Assembly (NCBI GenBank): GCA_963517115.1 | Contig: CAUQEW010000011.1 | Coordinates: 104,501-136,500 of the forward strand | Reading direction: 5' to 3' | Origin: an uncultured Lachnospiraceae bacterium | GTDB lineage: Bacteria > Bacillota > Clostridia > Lachnospirales > Lachnospiraceae | DNA: 32,000 nt | Shown here: in pieces, positions 1 through 6,850 of the stretch | How the letters are laid out: every line of letters starts with the position of its first letter | Position numbering within the stretch: position 1 is the first letter of the stretch | Program-made: the position numbers and the translations under genes | The notes under the pieces: generated by a model | What the model saw: only the letters and a program-made list of their open reading frames with translations | What the model was told of the DNA's origin: nothing | Database searches by the model: none

Positions 1-800
1 TTTATTACCGATTGCTTTTCCGCCGATGGATCCGCCAAAGGTAATTCTAATTCCCTGTTTTGCACAATATTTTCTTTCGTTTCATAAAACTGTTTGAATT
101 CATCATCATTATCTAATTGAATAAGCTCCAAAGTTTTTAAAAAAATAGTCTGCATAAAGAATTGATACATTTCTTCATAATTATGTTTTGTAACAATAAA
201 TATCTCAAAGCCATTTTCTCTTATCCATAAAGAAGTCTCCTCATTTTCAATAATATATTCTGGTAAATAATAAACTTCTTGAGCCATATTTAATAAGTTA
301 TGTATAATGGCATACCCTCGAATATTTTCCATTTCACAGTCTTCTTTGAATATAATGTTTGCTCTGAATCTATTCATTTGTTGAGATAAGCCAACTTTTA
401 ATACTGCTAAAAATTCATTAATTCTTTCGATTAGGCTTTGTGCTTTACCATCAGCTTTATCTCCACCTTTTATTTTCTCAATTTCAACCTTTACAAAATC
501 AACGCCCTCCAAAACCAAATCAGAAAGTGCAGAATAGTCGACATTCTGAGGTTTTTGTTCTCTCAAATAATAGAATAGGTCTTCTATTGAATGAGCAAGA
601 GAACCGATATTATTAAAAAGCATCATAGCTGAAGATCCCTTAATAGTATGCATAAATCTGAATATTTCATTAATAGAATCTTGAGTATAGACATTTGATC
701 TTTCACAAGCAATAATAGCTTGCTCAAGTAGTTCAATCTGCTGGGTGGTCTCAAATATATACATTTCAAGCATTGGTTCATTTAAATACTTTTCTGTCAC
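1..800 (-). CDS. CheA-type Hpt (P1) domain protein, N-terminal ~266 codons; the gene continues past the left window edge
   Basis: Minus-strand frame that is open to position 1. It is absent from the ORF track because it has no in-window stop. My translation from GTG 800..798 reads VTEKYLNEPMLEMYIFETTQQIELLEQ...INEIFRFMHTIKGSSAMMLFNNIGSLAHSIEDLFYYLREQKP. HTIKGSSAMM is the phospho-His block of CheA P1/Hpt domains. An AAAGGA Shine-Dalgarno-like site lies ~10 nt upstream. Confidence 0.75.
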   Translation of the reverse strand, partial: MTEKYLNEPMLEMYIFETTQQIELLEQAIIACERSNVYTQDSINEIFRFMHTIKGSSAMMLFNNIGSLAHSIEDLFYYLREQKPQNVDYSALSDLVLEGVDFVKVEIEKIKGGDKADGKAQSLIERINEFLAVLKVGLSQQMNRFRANIIFKEDCEMENIRGYAIIHNLLNMAQEVYYLPEYIIENEETSLWIRENGFEIFIVTKHNYEEMYQFFMQTIFLKTLELIQLDNDDEFKQFYETKENIVQNRELELPLADPSAEKQSVI

Positions 801-888
801 TAATTTTTTTTCCTTTCTTATTATTGTAGGCGTCGTGAATAATATCCTGTAATTGTATCATATTGTCATCAAACCAGTTTTTTGACAT
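778..888 (-). CDS. Candidate 36-aa upstream small ORF (MSKNWFDDNMIQLQDIIHDAYNNKKGKKISDRKVFK) overlapping the CheA-like start
   Basis: ATG at 888..886 follows a strong SD (AGAGGTGA, 5-nt spacer). The stop TGA is at 780..778. It overlaps the GTG start of the downstream gene by 23 nt and contains an A8 run. I recognise no homology. Confidence 0.35.
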   Translation of the reverse strand: MSKNWFDDNMIQLQDIIHDAYNNKKGKKISDRKVFK

Positions 889-950
889 AAGTTCACCTCT
901 ATTTATTTCATATATTTTATTTTTTTATCTACCGTACGCTCGTTAGGTAT

Positions 951-979
951 ATTATACTACTTTCCTTTATTTAACACAA
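951..979 (-). promoter_or_regulatory. Candidate sigmaA promoter for the sORF/CheA-like unit (TTGTGT-17-TATAAT)
   Basis: Minus strand: -35 TTGTGT (979..974), 17-nt spacer, -10 TATAAT (956..951). It lies downstream of the histidine-kinase terminator. Confidence 0.4.
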
Positions 980-1021
980 GTTCCATTTATTAGATTATTT
1001 TCGCTTTATTTTACTAATTTA

Positions 1022-1053
1022 ATACAAAACAGCACTTAAAATGCTAAGTGCTG
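1022..1053 (-). terminator. Rho-independent terminator of the hybrid histidine kinase gene
   Basis: 9-bp stem CAGCACTTA/TAAGTGCTG (1030-1038 / 1045-1053) with a 6-nt loop. A T-rich tail (TTTTGTATT) follows on the minus strand, 10 nt after the stop. Confidence 0.7.
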
Positions 1054-1062
1054 TCCTACAAT

Positions 1063-3723
1063 TTATTTTCCTAAATAAAGCTCCAAGATACTATAAAGAT
1101 TATCTATTTCATATGGTTTTGATATATAGTCATCCATTCCAGCTTTCATACATTTATCTTTATCCTCGCTCATTGCATATGCCGTCATTGCAATAATTGG
1201 AATATGTTTTTCTTTCTGGTATTCTTGCTGTATTATTTTACTCGTCTCAAAACCATTCAACTCAGGCATTTGTATATCCATTAGGATGAGGTCAATCTTA
1301 TTATTACGTAAGATTTCCAATGCCTCATTTCCATTATATGCCGATAAATAATGATATCCTTTCTTTTTAATTATAATTTCCAAAATCTCTTGATTCATAA
1401 TATTATCTTCTACTCCTAAGATAACTTTTTCTTGCAAGGTGCTACTGTCGTCAACCTGATCTTCAACTATAGTAGTATCCCCTACCTTATCTTTTTTTGT
1501 GGTAGATATTTTGAATACACAGTCGAAAACAAATGTACTTCCTTCTCCAATTTTAGTATCAAATCCTATATCACCATTCATTAATGTTGCTATTTTCTTT
1601 GAAATTACAAGACCTAATCCTGAACCCATATATTTTTTCTCTGGTGAAAGATCACTCTGGCTAAAGTTTTGAAACATTTTTTCTTTAAAACTATCATCAA
1701 TTCCTATGCCTGAATCTTGAACCCTGAATTCAATTTTTTCTATGTTATCATCAGAATAAACCTTTAATATGCGAAAAGAAACATATCCCTTGTCCGTAAA
1801 CTTAACAGCATTATTAATTAAATTAGTTAATACCTGCGTTAGCCTAAATTCATCACCAATGATTTGAAAGTCTATGGTTGGATCTAAATAATAACTTATT
1901 TCTAATCCTTTTGCGTTTCCACTTATTAAAAGATTGTCATGAATTTTACGTATCGTTTCTCTCAAATCAAATGGTGCATTATTTAATTTCAAAACACCAG
2001 TTTCAATTTTCGATATATCTAGAATATCATTGATAATTACTAGTAGTAATTCTGTTGACTCTTTCAATATTTTAGCATATCGATTCTGTTCTTGATTTAG
2101 ATTAGTTGCTTGGAGAAGTTGAATAGCCCCTATAATACCATTCATAGGTGTCCTTATTTCGTGACTCATGTTTGCCAAAAATTGCGATTTTGCTTTGTTT
2201 GCATTATCTGCTTCTTGTTTTAACAATTCTAACTGAATATACTTCTCTTTTATTTCTTCTTCTATTAATTTTCTATCAGTAATATCTTCATTCGTCCCAA
2301 TTGCTCTTAATGGATTACCACTACTATCCCATTCACTAATTTTACCTTTTGAGCCTATCCATTTATATTCATTATTCTTGCATTTAATACGGTATTCTGC
2401 GAAATATTCTTCGCCTTTTAGCAGATTCTGGTATTTGTCTTCAACATATAGACGGTCATCTGGATGGATTAGTTCATTCCATTTTTTACTGTTATCACTC
2501 AATTCATCATCATTGTATCCGAGAAACTCTTTCCACCTTCCATAGTGTAACAATTCTTGGTTCTTTACATTAACTTCCCATACTCGTAAGCGACCTCCTT
2601 CTAATGCTAATCTCCATCTTTCTTCATATTCCTGTACCCTTTTTATCAGTTCTTTTTTTTCTGTAATATCTTTATAAATTCCAATCACTCCAATAAAAGT
2701 TCCATCCGCATCATAAAGAGGAGCGATAGAAATAGATACATCAATAATGCTACCATTTTTATGTATTCTCTGAGTTTCTAAATTCATAACTAGATTGCCT
2801 TTTTCAACACTTTCCATATTGTCCTGAAATTCATATATTTTGTCATCTGGCACTAACATTATAATATTTTTACCTATGATTTCGTCAATACTATATCCTA
2901 GTTTTGTTTCAGCTCCTTTACTCCAAAGAGATATTTCAAAATCTTTCCCAAATCCTACTATTGCATCATCAAAAATATCCAAAGATGCTGAAAACATAGA
3001 TGCATACTTAGATGTTTTATCCATATCAGAAATATCTCTTATTATACTAATTACAATATCTTTAGTTGCCTCATTATTGTATAGGGATTTAACTTCGACT
3101 GGAAATTTCGTTCCATCCTTTTTATAGTGGATTGTTTTAAATTGTATTCCACTATTTAATGCTTTGTGAAGTTGCTGCTTCGTGTATTCCTTTTTATCTT
3201 GATTGCGAATATCGTACACGCTTAAATTTAGCAACTCAGTATAAGTATAGCCATAAGTATCGATTGCCCTTTTGTTCCCATATAAAATCTTTCCATCATT
3301 ATTAACAGCAAAGATGATATCCATAAAATTATCAATAAAACTTTTATAAATTAAAAAGTTATCCTCTTCCTCTAATATGTTCTCGTTTTTATAAAGTGTA
3401 CATAATAATATCTTATCTCTTATTTCACTACATTGAATAACATATGAATTCTCTGCAATTTCAATAGTATCAATTGTTGTTTTGTGACCCATATTAAACT
3501 TTAAGATACAGTTGGATAATAAATAATATAAATCTATACTAAATTCATTTACTCTTTTATCAAGAAAGTCTTTACAATTAAATTCTTTTATAAAACATTT
3601 ATTTAAAAACTTAATCAAAAATTCATTCGAATCATTTTCTAAATTAGGTACTATTTCAAATACACCTATCATATTATTTATTTTATCAAGTTTGACTTTC
3701 TCTTCTTTTATTGCCTCAATCAC
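1063..3723 (-). CDS. Soluble hybrid sensor histidine kinase (3 PAS + HisKA + HATPase_c + C-terminal receiver)
   Basis: H-box MSHEIRTPMNGIIG; N/G boxes LINNAVKFT, DSGIGI, GSGLGLVISKKI; receiver ILGVEDN...LILMDIQMP...KP. Three PAS-like modules each end in DIT(E/D)(K/R)K. I see no hydrophobic TM segment. Preferred start is GTG 3723..3721 (GGGAGG SD, 6-nt spacer), overlapping the TetR stop as GTGA. The track start at 3771 lacks an SD. Confidence 0.9.
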   Translation of the reverse strand: MIEAIKEEKVKLDKINNMIGVFEIVPNLENDSNEFLIKFLNKCFIKEFNCKDFLDKRVNEFSIDLYYLLSNCILKFNMGHKTTIDTIEIAENSYVIQCSEIRDKILLCTLYKNENILEEEDNFLIYKSFIDNFMDIIFAVNNDGKILYGNKRAIDTYGYTYTELLNLSVYDIRNQDKKEYTKQQLHKALNSGIQFKTIHYKKDGTKFPVEVKSLYNNEATKDIVISIIRDISDMDKTSKYASMFSASLDIFDDAIVGFGKDFEISLWSKGAETKLGYSIDEIIGKNIIMLVPDDKIYEFQDNMESVEKGNLVMNLETQRIHKNGSIIDVSISIAPLYDADGTFIGVIGIYKDITEKKELIKRVQEYEERWRLALEGGRLRVWEVNVKNQELLHYGRWKEFLGYNDDELSDNSKKWNELIHPDDRLYVEDKYQNLLKGEEYFAEYRIKCKNNEYKWIGSKGKISEWDSSGNPLRAIGTNEDITDRKLIEEEIKEKYIQLELLKQEADNANKAKSQFLANMSHEIRTPMNGIIGAIQLLQATNLNQEQNRYAKILKESTELLLVIINDILDISKIETGVLKLNNAPFDLRETIRKIHDNLLISGNAKGLEISYYLDPTIDFQIIGDEFRLTQVLTNLINNAVKFTDKGYVSFRILKVYSDDNIEKIEFRVQDSGIGIDDSFKEKMFQNFSQSDLSPEKKYMGSGLGLVISKKIATLMNGDIGFDTKIGEGSTFVFDCVFKISTTKKDKVGDTTIVEDQVDDSSTLQEKVILGVEDNIMNQEILEIIIKKKGYHYLSAYNGNEALEILRNNKIDLILMDIQMPELNGFETSKIIQQEYQKEKHIPIIAMTAYAMSEDKDKCMKAGMDDYISKPYEIDNLYSILELYLGK

Positions 3724-4328
3724 AAAGGTACCTCCCACTTTGCTATCATACCATTCCAAAATTTCAACCATGATTTATCAAGTTCCGTATCGCTCATTTT
3801 AGTATTCGAAATAATCATTTCCGTAACTTGAGAAAACTCATTTTTTTTGTATTCCAACATATAATCAACAGGCTGCTTATTATTATTTAATATATTATTT
3901 TCTAAACATTGATTAATTATATCCAAAATGATTTTATTCTCATCATTTGTCCAAAGTTTATATTTATCACGTATTAAAATGGATACTTCTTCTGGCGGAA
4001 AAAGGTGATATCTAAGTAGAAATTTCTGTTTTACAATATCTTGTGCAAAATAATTCATCATTCCTTTGTACAAATAATACAACTTCAGATTTGGAGAAGC
4101 ATTTTGATTCAATTCTACTATTTCTTGACGACGGTTTTTATTTTCAATGCAGATATCGTCATAAATACTAAAGAATAATTCCTTTTTTGATTGATAATAA
4201 TAATATAAGGAGGCTACCTTTATATCTACTTCCTTACAAATTTCTCTTAAATTTGTTGCTTCGTATCCTTTTTCCAAAAATAATCTAAATGCAATATATC
4301 TTATCTTTTCATTTGTATTATTAATCAC
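3720..4328 (-). CDS. TetR/AcrR-family transcriptional regulator
   Basis: N-terminal HTH signature: IAFRLFLEKGYEATNLREICKEVDIKVASLYYYYQSKKELF. GTG start with a GGATGGTGA SD-like region upstream. Confidence 0.85.
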   Translation of the reverse strand: MINNTNEKIRYIAFRLFLEKGYEATNLREICKEVDIKVASLYYYYQSKKELFFSIYDDICIENKNRRQEIVELNQNASPNLKLYYLYKGMMNYFAQDIVKQKFLLRYHLFPPEEVSILIRDKYKLWTNDENKIILDIINQCLENNILNNNKQPVDYMLEYKKNEFSQVTEMIISNTKMSDTELDKSWLKFWNGMIAKWEVPL

Positions 4329-4418
4329 GATATCACCATCCTATGTGTTTCTTAATTATCTATATAATGAGTTAAGCTTCAAATAGCAAGTCATATTTAC
4401 TAAAATTTCATTAGGTAC

Positions 4419-4447
4419 ATTATACCACTTTAATGCATATGAAACAA
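4419..4447 (-). promoter_or_regulatory. Candidate sigmaA promoter of the TetR-kinase operon (TTGTTT-17-TATAAT, TG-extended)
   Basis: Minus strand: TTGTTT (4447..4442), 17-nt spacer ending in TGG, TATAAT (4424..4419). It lies ~90 nt upstream of the TetR GTG. Confidence 0.5.
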
Positions 4448-4484
4448 TAATCATACATATTTCTAAATTACCGAGACAACACAA

Positions 4485-4529
4485 ATAGCGGTAATAACAA
4501 CGTCTGCAAGACGAGTTATTTACCGCTAT
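4485..4529. other. Long imperfect hairpin (10+4+4 bp, loop TGCAA), possibly a secondary terminator or insulator
   Basis: ATAGCGGTAATAACAACGTC / GACGAGTTATTTACCGCTAT pair with one bulge and one small internal loop. No clean U-tract on either strand. Confidence 0.35.
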
Positions 4530-4595
4530 AGTTTATTAAAGGAATACTCTTTTACTTAGAGATTTTCACATAATATTTGAGAGTGTTTATCTACA

Positions 4596-4624
4596 GAAAA
4601 AACAGTCCACCAGACTGTTTTTTT
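4596..4624. terminator. Bidirectional rho-independent terminator
   Basis: Stem ACAGTC/GACTGT with loop CACCA, flanked by an A-run (4596-4602) and a T-run (4618-4624). Confidence 0.6.
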
Positions 4625-4672
4625 ACCTGCTGTGGCAGACCGTGCTGTTCACATCACCTATCTTTTTAGTCG

Positions 4673-4706
4673 AAAAAAAGCCGCCCATCGTGAAACGACG
4701 AGCGAC
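4673..4706 (-). terminator. tmRNA (ssrA) terminator
   Basis: Minus strand: GTCGCTCGTCG-TTTCA-CGATGGGCGGC forms an 11-bp stem (3 G-U pairs) followed by TTTTTTT. It starts 10 nt after the tmRNA 3' end. Confidence 0.7.
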
Positions 4707-4716
4707 CTTAATATGA

Positions 4717-5060
4717 TGGAGCTGAGGGGAATCGAACCCCTGTCCGAAAGCCCATTCATTGTAGTTTCTCCCATTACAGTCAGTCTTTTAACATTCCCTC
4801 TATCAAACGCCGATTGACAGGCTTATGATTTCAGTAGCTTCATAGTTCTTTTATTTTCTCAAAGCTTTGAAAATAAAGTGCCTTGCTAATTTGATGCCGA
4901 GTTCTTAAGCCACAAGAAGCTTAAGGTCGACAGCTGCCACTAGGCAGCGTACGCTAAATTTTCGTCTGCGTTTAAATTTAATTTCTAAGTTGATGACGCG
5001 GTCCTAGTCCGCGAATGGCTACCGCAACTTCAAAACCCCCGTCGAAACCAGTACAACCCC
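4717..5060 (-). ncRNA. ssrA: tmRNA (transfer-messenger RNA)
   Basis: 5' end GGGGTTGTACTGGTTTCGACGGGGG and 3' end GGACAGGGGTTCGATTCCCCTCAGCTCCA form a tRNA-Ala-like acceptor/T-arm with a G3:U pair. The terminal CCA is not encoded. The internal tag frame GCA GAC GAA AAT TTA GCG TAC GCT GCC TAG (4969..4940) gives ADENLAYAA*; the resume codon could lie slightly upstream. smpB is nearby. Confidence 0.92.
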
Positions 5061-5063
5061 GTT

Positions 5064-5090
5064 ATTATACGGTTAGATGCAAGCTGTCAA
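5064..5090 (-). promoter_or_regulatory. ssrA promoter (TTGACA / TATAAT)
   Basis: Minus strand: TTGACA (5090..5085) and TATAAT (5069..5064), ending 3 nt before the mature 5' G. Both hexamers are consensus, but the spacer is 15 nt (17 if TAATAA is taken as the -10). Confidence 0.55.
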
Positions 5091-5198
5091 TCAAATAATC
5101 GTTGATCAGTACATTGCTGGTTCACAGACGTGTATTTTAAATCTACTATCATAGTATAACCGTTATTTGTGTCTAAAATGTGTCTTTATAAATTTTTT

Positions 5199-5678
5199 TT
5201 AAAAAGGTAAATAGTATTTCTTTTTAACTTCCCAAGTTAAACCATAATCAATAATGACTGGTCTATTTTTTATTAAACCCCAACTATTCCTCCTGTATAA
5301 ATCTATAATTACTAAATTATATTTGGAGAAAATATAATTTATCTCATCTAGGCTAAACAGTTCCCTATTACTTTTAACCTTATAGTACTTCCAAACATCT
5401 GAAAAATCTTTTATTCGATCTGCTTTCTCCATTATCAATAAAGTTAAATCAGATGAGACGTGTGGTATCTTTGCAAATAGATTAGAAAAGTCGGCTGAAG
5501 CTATATGAAACTCAGCCTCGTTTTGCGCAATCCCCTTTCTGTTCTTTGCTGCTTTTAATACAAATCCATTCTCTAAATCAAATACCTGCCTACCAGATCC
5601 CGAACCAATACTTCTATATCTACCATTTTTTATATCTATGATAATCATATCAAAATCAAAGTTTTCTATTTCATCCAT
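5199..5678 (-). CDS. Minimal protein-kinase-like protein (159 aa), function unknown
   Basis: Motifs occur in canonical order and spacing: Gly-loop IGSGSGRQVF (G25/G27/G29), VLK (K42), NEAEF, catalytic-loop-like IIDLYRRN (D126, N131 = D+5), DFG-like IIDYG (D144 = N+13). The protein ends 15 aa after D144. AGGAG SD lies 11 nt upstream of the ATG. Confidence 0.6.
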   Translation of the reverse strand: MDEIENFDFDMIIIDIKNGRYRSIGSGSGRQVFDLENGFVLKAAKNRKGIAQNEAEFHIASADFSNLFAKIPHVSSDLTLLIMEKADRIKDFSDVWKYYKVKSNRELFSLDEINYIFSKYNLVIIDLYRRNSWGLIKNRPVIIDYGLTWEVKKKYYLPF

Positions 5679-5712
5679 CTTCTATAAATCTCCTACTTTG
5701 CTTTAACCAATC

Positions 5713-5730
5713 TTATGCATAAATGCATAA
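5713..5730. promoter_or_regulatory. Palindromic/tandem operator-like site TTATGCATAAATGCATAA upstream of the kinase-like gene
   Basis: Two abutting ATGCATAA copies (5715-5722, 5723-5730). ATGCAT is itself palindromic. The site lies 35-52 nt upstream of the ATG at 5678 and overlaps the candidate promoter spacer. Confidence 0.35.
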
Positions 5731-5777
5731 AACTGTAAAGATAATAATATACATATTATATTATTATTTTTACAGTT
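5731..5777 (-). terminator. 20-bp AT-rich hairpin downstream of the 78-aa gene (terminator or regulatory stem)
   Basis: Arms 5731-5750 and 5758-5777 are complementary except for one G:T position (G-U in RNA). The loop is 7 nt. The U-tract is weak. Confidence 0.4.
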
Positions 5778-5845
5778 AAATAGTTCACGTTTTATATTTC
5801 TTCACAACAGTAGAATATTGATTGAATGAAATTCGCTTTTATACT

Positions 5846-6082
5846 TTATCTAAAAATTACCTTAATAAGCCTTATTCCAGGAGGAAAATCAATTTGTTTC
5901 TGCATGGCTTGATGTGCCTTATCAATAAGATTTTTCTTAGTATCTTCCGGAAACATTTCATCAAATTCATATATGTATTCCTTGATAGGGCTATTTAAAG
6001 CTATATTCAAAAGGGATCCCCCTTGGTTGCAATAATCCGATATAGCATCATTAATAATTTCCTTATACTCATTATACGTCAT
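5846..6082 (-). CDS. Hypothetical small acidic protein (78 aa)
   Basis: Strong SD GAGGTGA lies 6 nt upstream of the ATG at 6082. I recognise no motif. Confidence 0.6.
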   Translation of the reverse strand: MTYNEYKEIINDAISDYCNQGGSLLNIALNSPIKEYIYEFDEMFPEDTKKNLIDKAHQAMQKQIDFPPGIRLIKVIFR

Positions 6083-6142
6083 AATAATTCACCTCATATC
6101 ATCATCATATTAATATATGCAGATAGCATCCATAATATATCT

Positions 6143-6196
6143 GTAACTACTAATTTTTTTGTAACTTCTAATTTTTTTGTAACTTCTAAATTTCTA
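6143..6196. repeat. Three tandem 18-bp direct repeats (GTAACT[A/T]CTAATTTTTTT x2 plus a degenerate third copy)
   Basis: 6143-6160 GTAACTACTAATTTTTTT; 6161-6178 GTAACTTCTAATTTTTTT; 6179-6196 GTAACTTCTAAATTTCTA. They sit in the divergent intergenic region between the 78-aa gene and the gene starting at 6290. Confidence 0.85.
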
Positions 6197-6289
6197 GCAC
6201 TTACTAAACATTTTAATAAACCTCTATTGAATCAATTTGTGATTTTTTTCATATCTTATAGAAATGACCTTGATAAAAGGATTACTTAT

Positions 6290-6850
6290 ATGGACAATAA
6301 ATTAAGCCAAAATCAAAGTTTTTATACAACTGATGAACTACGAAATGTGATTCGGCTTCTTTGGAGTCAGAATATTCTGTGGACTAGGTTTTTAATTATT
6401 AGCATAATTTCAAAATTAAATGACATAGAAGTTGTCACAAATAGACTCTTTGAAAATCCTAGGGATTTTGCTAATGTATTCAAAATCTATTATGGTGATA
6501 TTATCGCAGATGAATTTGAAAATTTATTACGAGAACATTTATCCCTAACTATAGCGCTGATCAATAGTTACATAACCACTAATTCATCTGCAATACAGGA
6601 ACTTGAAAAACAATGGTATGAAAATGCCAATCAATTAGCCCTTTTCCTATCAGATATAAATCCCTATTGGAATTATCAAATGCTGCAAAATGCGCTCTAT
6701 TACCATTTAGACATGACAAAAGATGAAATCATAAAGCGACTAAATGGTCAATATGCTGCCGATGTATATCTTTATGACTTTATTGAAGCTCACACCCTTA
6801 TGATTGCCGATATTATGGTAAATGGAATTATAAATCAGTTTTATCAATAA
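6290..6850 (+). CDS. Conserved Firmicute protein of unknown function (186 aa, predicted helical)
   Basis: ATG 6290 has an AAAGGA SD 8 nt upstream. The track start at 6023 would overlap the divergent gene and the repeats. The pattern LW.Q...WTR..I.S......D.....RL..NP.DFA.....YG..IA..F..LL..HL...WY.NA...A.FL..INP.W matches a family I recall from Bacillus/Paenibacillus/Clostridia, often auto-annotated as 'acetylglutamate kinase'. That is from memory only. Confidence 0.65.
   Translation: MDNKLSQNQSFYTTDELRNVIRLLWSQNILWTRFLIISIISKLNDIEVVTNRLFENPRDFANVFKIYYGDIIADEFENLLREHLSLTIALINSYITTNSSAIQELEKQWYENANQLALFLSDINPYWNYQMLQNALYYHLDMTKDEIIKRLNGQYAADVYLYDFIEAHTLMIADIMVNGIINQFYQ

Noticed and set aside
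2840-3127. 95-aa plus-strand ORF inside the histidine kinase gene. The same reasoning applies to the other antisense track ORFs at 8027-8218, 9405-9590, 9449-9910, 15656-15970, 16346-16528, 17686-17886, 19168-19413, 22452-22637, 24767-24967, 26065-26271, 26278-26493, 27421-27768, 28186-28404, 28858-29061, 29265-29462, 31072-31308 and 31333-31725, and to the same-strand alternate-frame ORF at 19768-19974 inside glgA.
   Set aside because: They are shadow ORFs inside well-supported minus-strand genes. Their composition is low-complexity and hydrophobic, typical of off-frame or antisense frames in AT-rich DNA, and they have no SD.
3672-3771. A 52-nt overlap between the TetR and kinase ORFs as given in the track
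   Set aside because: ATG 3771 lacks an SD. GTG 3723, with a GGGAGG SD, gives a 4-nt GTGA overlap instead. ATG 3672 has no SD.
4632-4817. 61-aa plus-strand ORF from the track
   Set aside because: It lies antisense across the tmRNA 3' domain and terminator and has no SD. The tmRNA call explains the region.
1-5060. A tmRNA-associated genomic island downstream of the ssrA 3' end
   Set aside because: There is no integrase and no direct repeat of the ssrA 3' end. The TetR, kinase and CheA-like genes look like ordinary chromosomal signalling genes.
5199-6082. A toxin-antitoxin reading of the 78-aa gene plus kinase-like gene (HipA-like logic)
   Set aside because: The genes are 167 bp apart and separated by a 20-bp hairpin and a separate promoter/operator. 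The small protein has no visible DNA-binding motif. The kinase-like protein is not HipA-like in its motifs.
6143-6196. A mini CRISPR array
   Set aside because: The repeats abut with no spacers, are 18 bp long and AT-rich, and no cas genes are present.
6023-6289. Long N-terminal extensions in the track for the 186-aa gene (from 6023) and the 111-aa gene (from 6906)
   Set aside because: The extensions have no SD and overlap the divergent gene, the tandem repeats or the candidate promoter. Internal ATGs at 6290 and 6981 have good SDs. The Tyr/His-rich peptide MFYHFHYFYNPTYN from 6906 is tempting as a coat-protein-like N-terminus but is unsupported.
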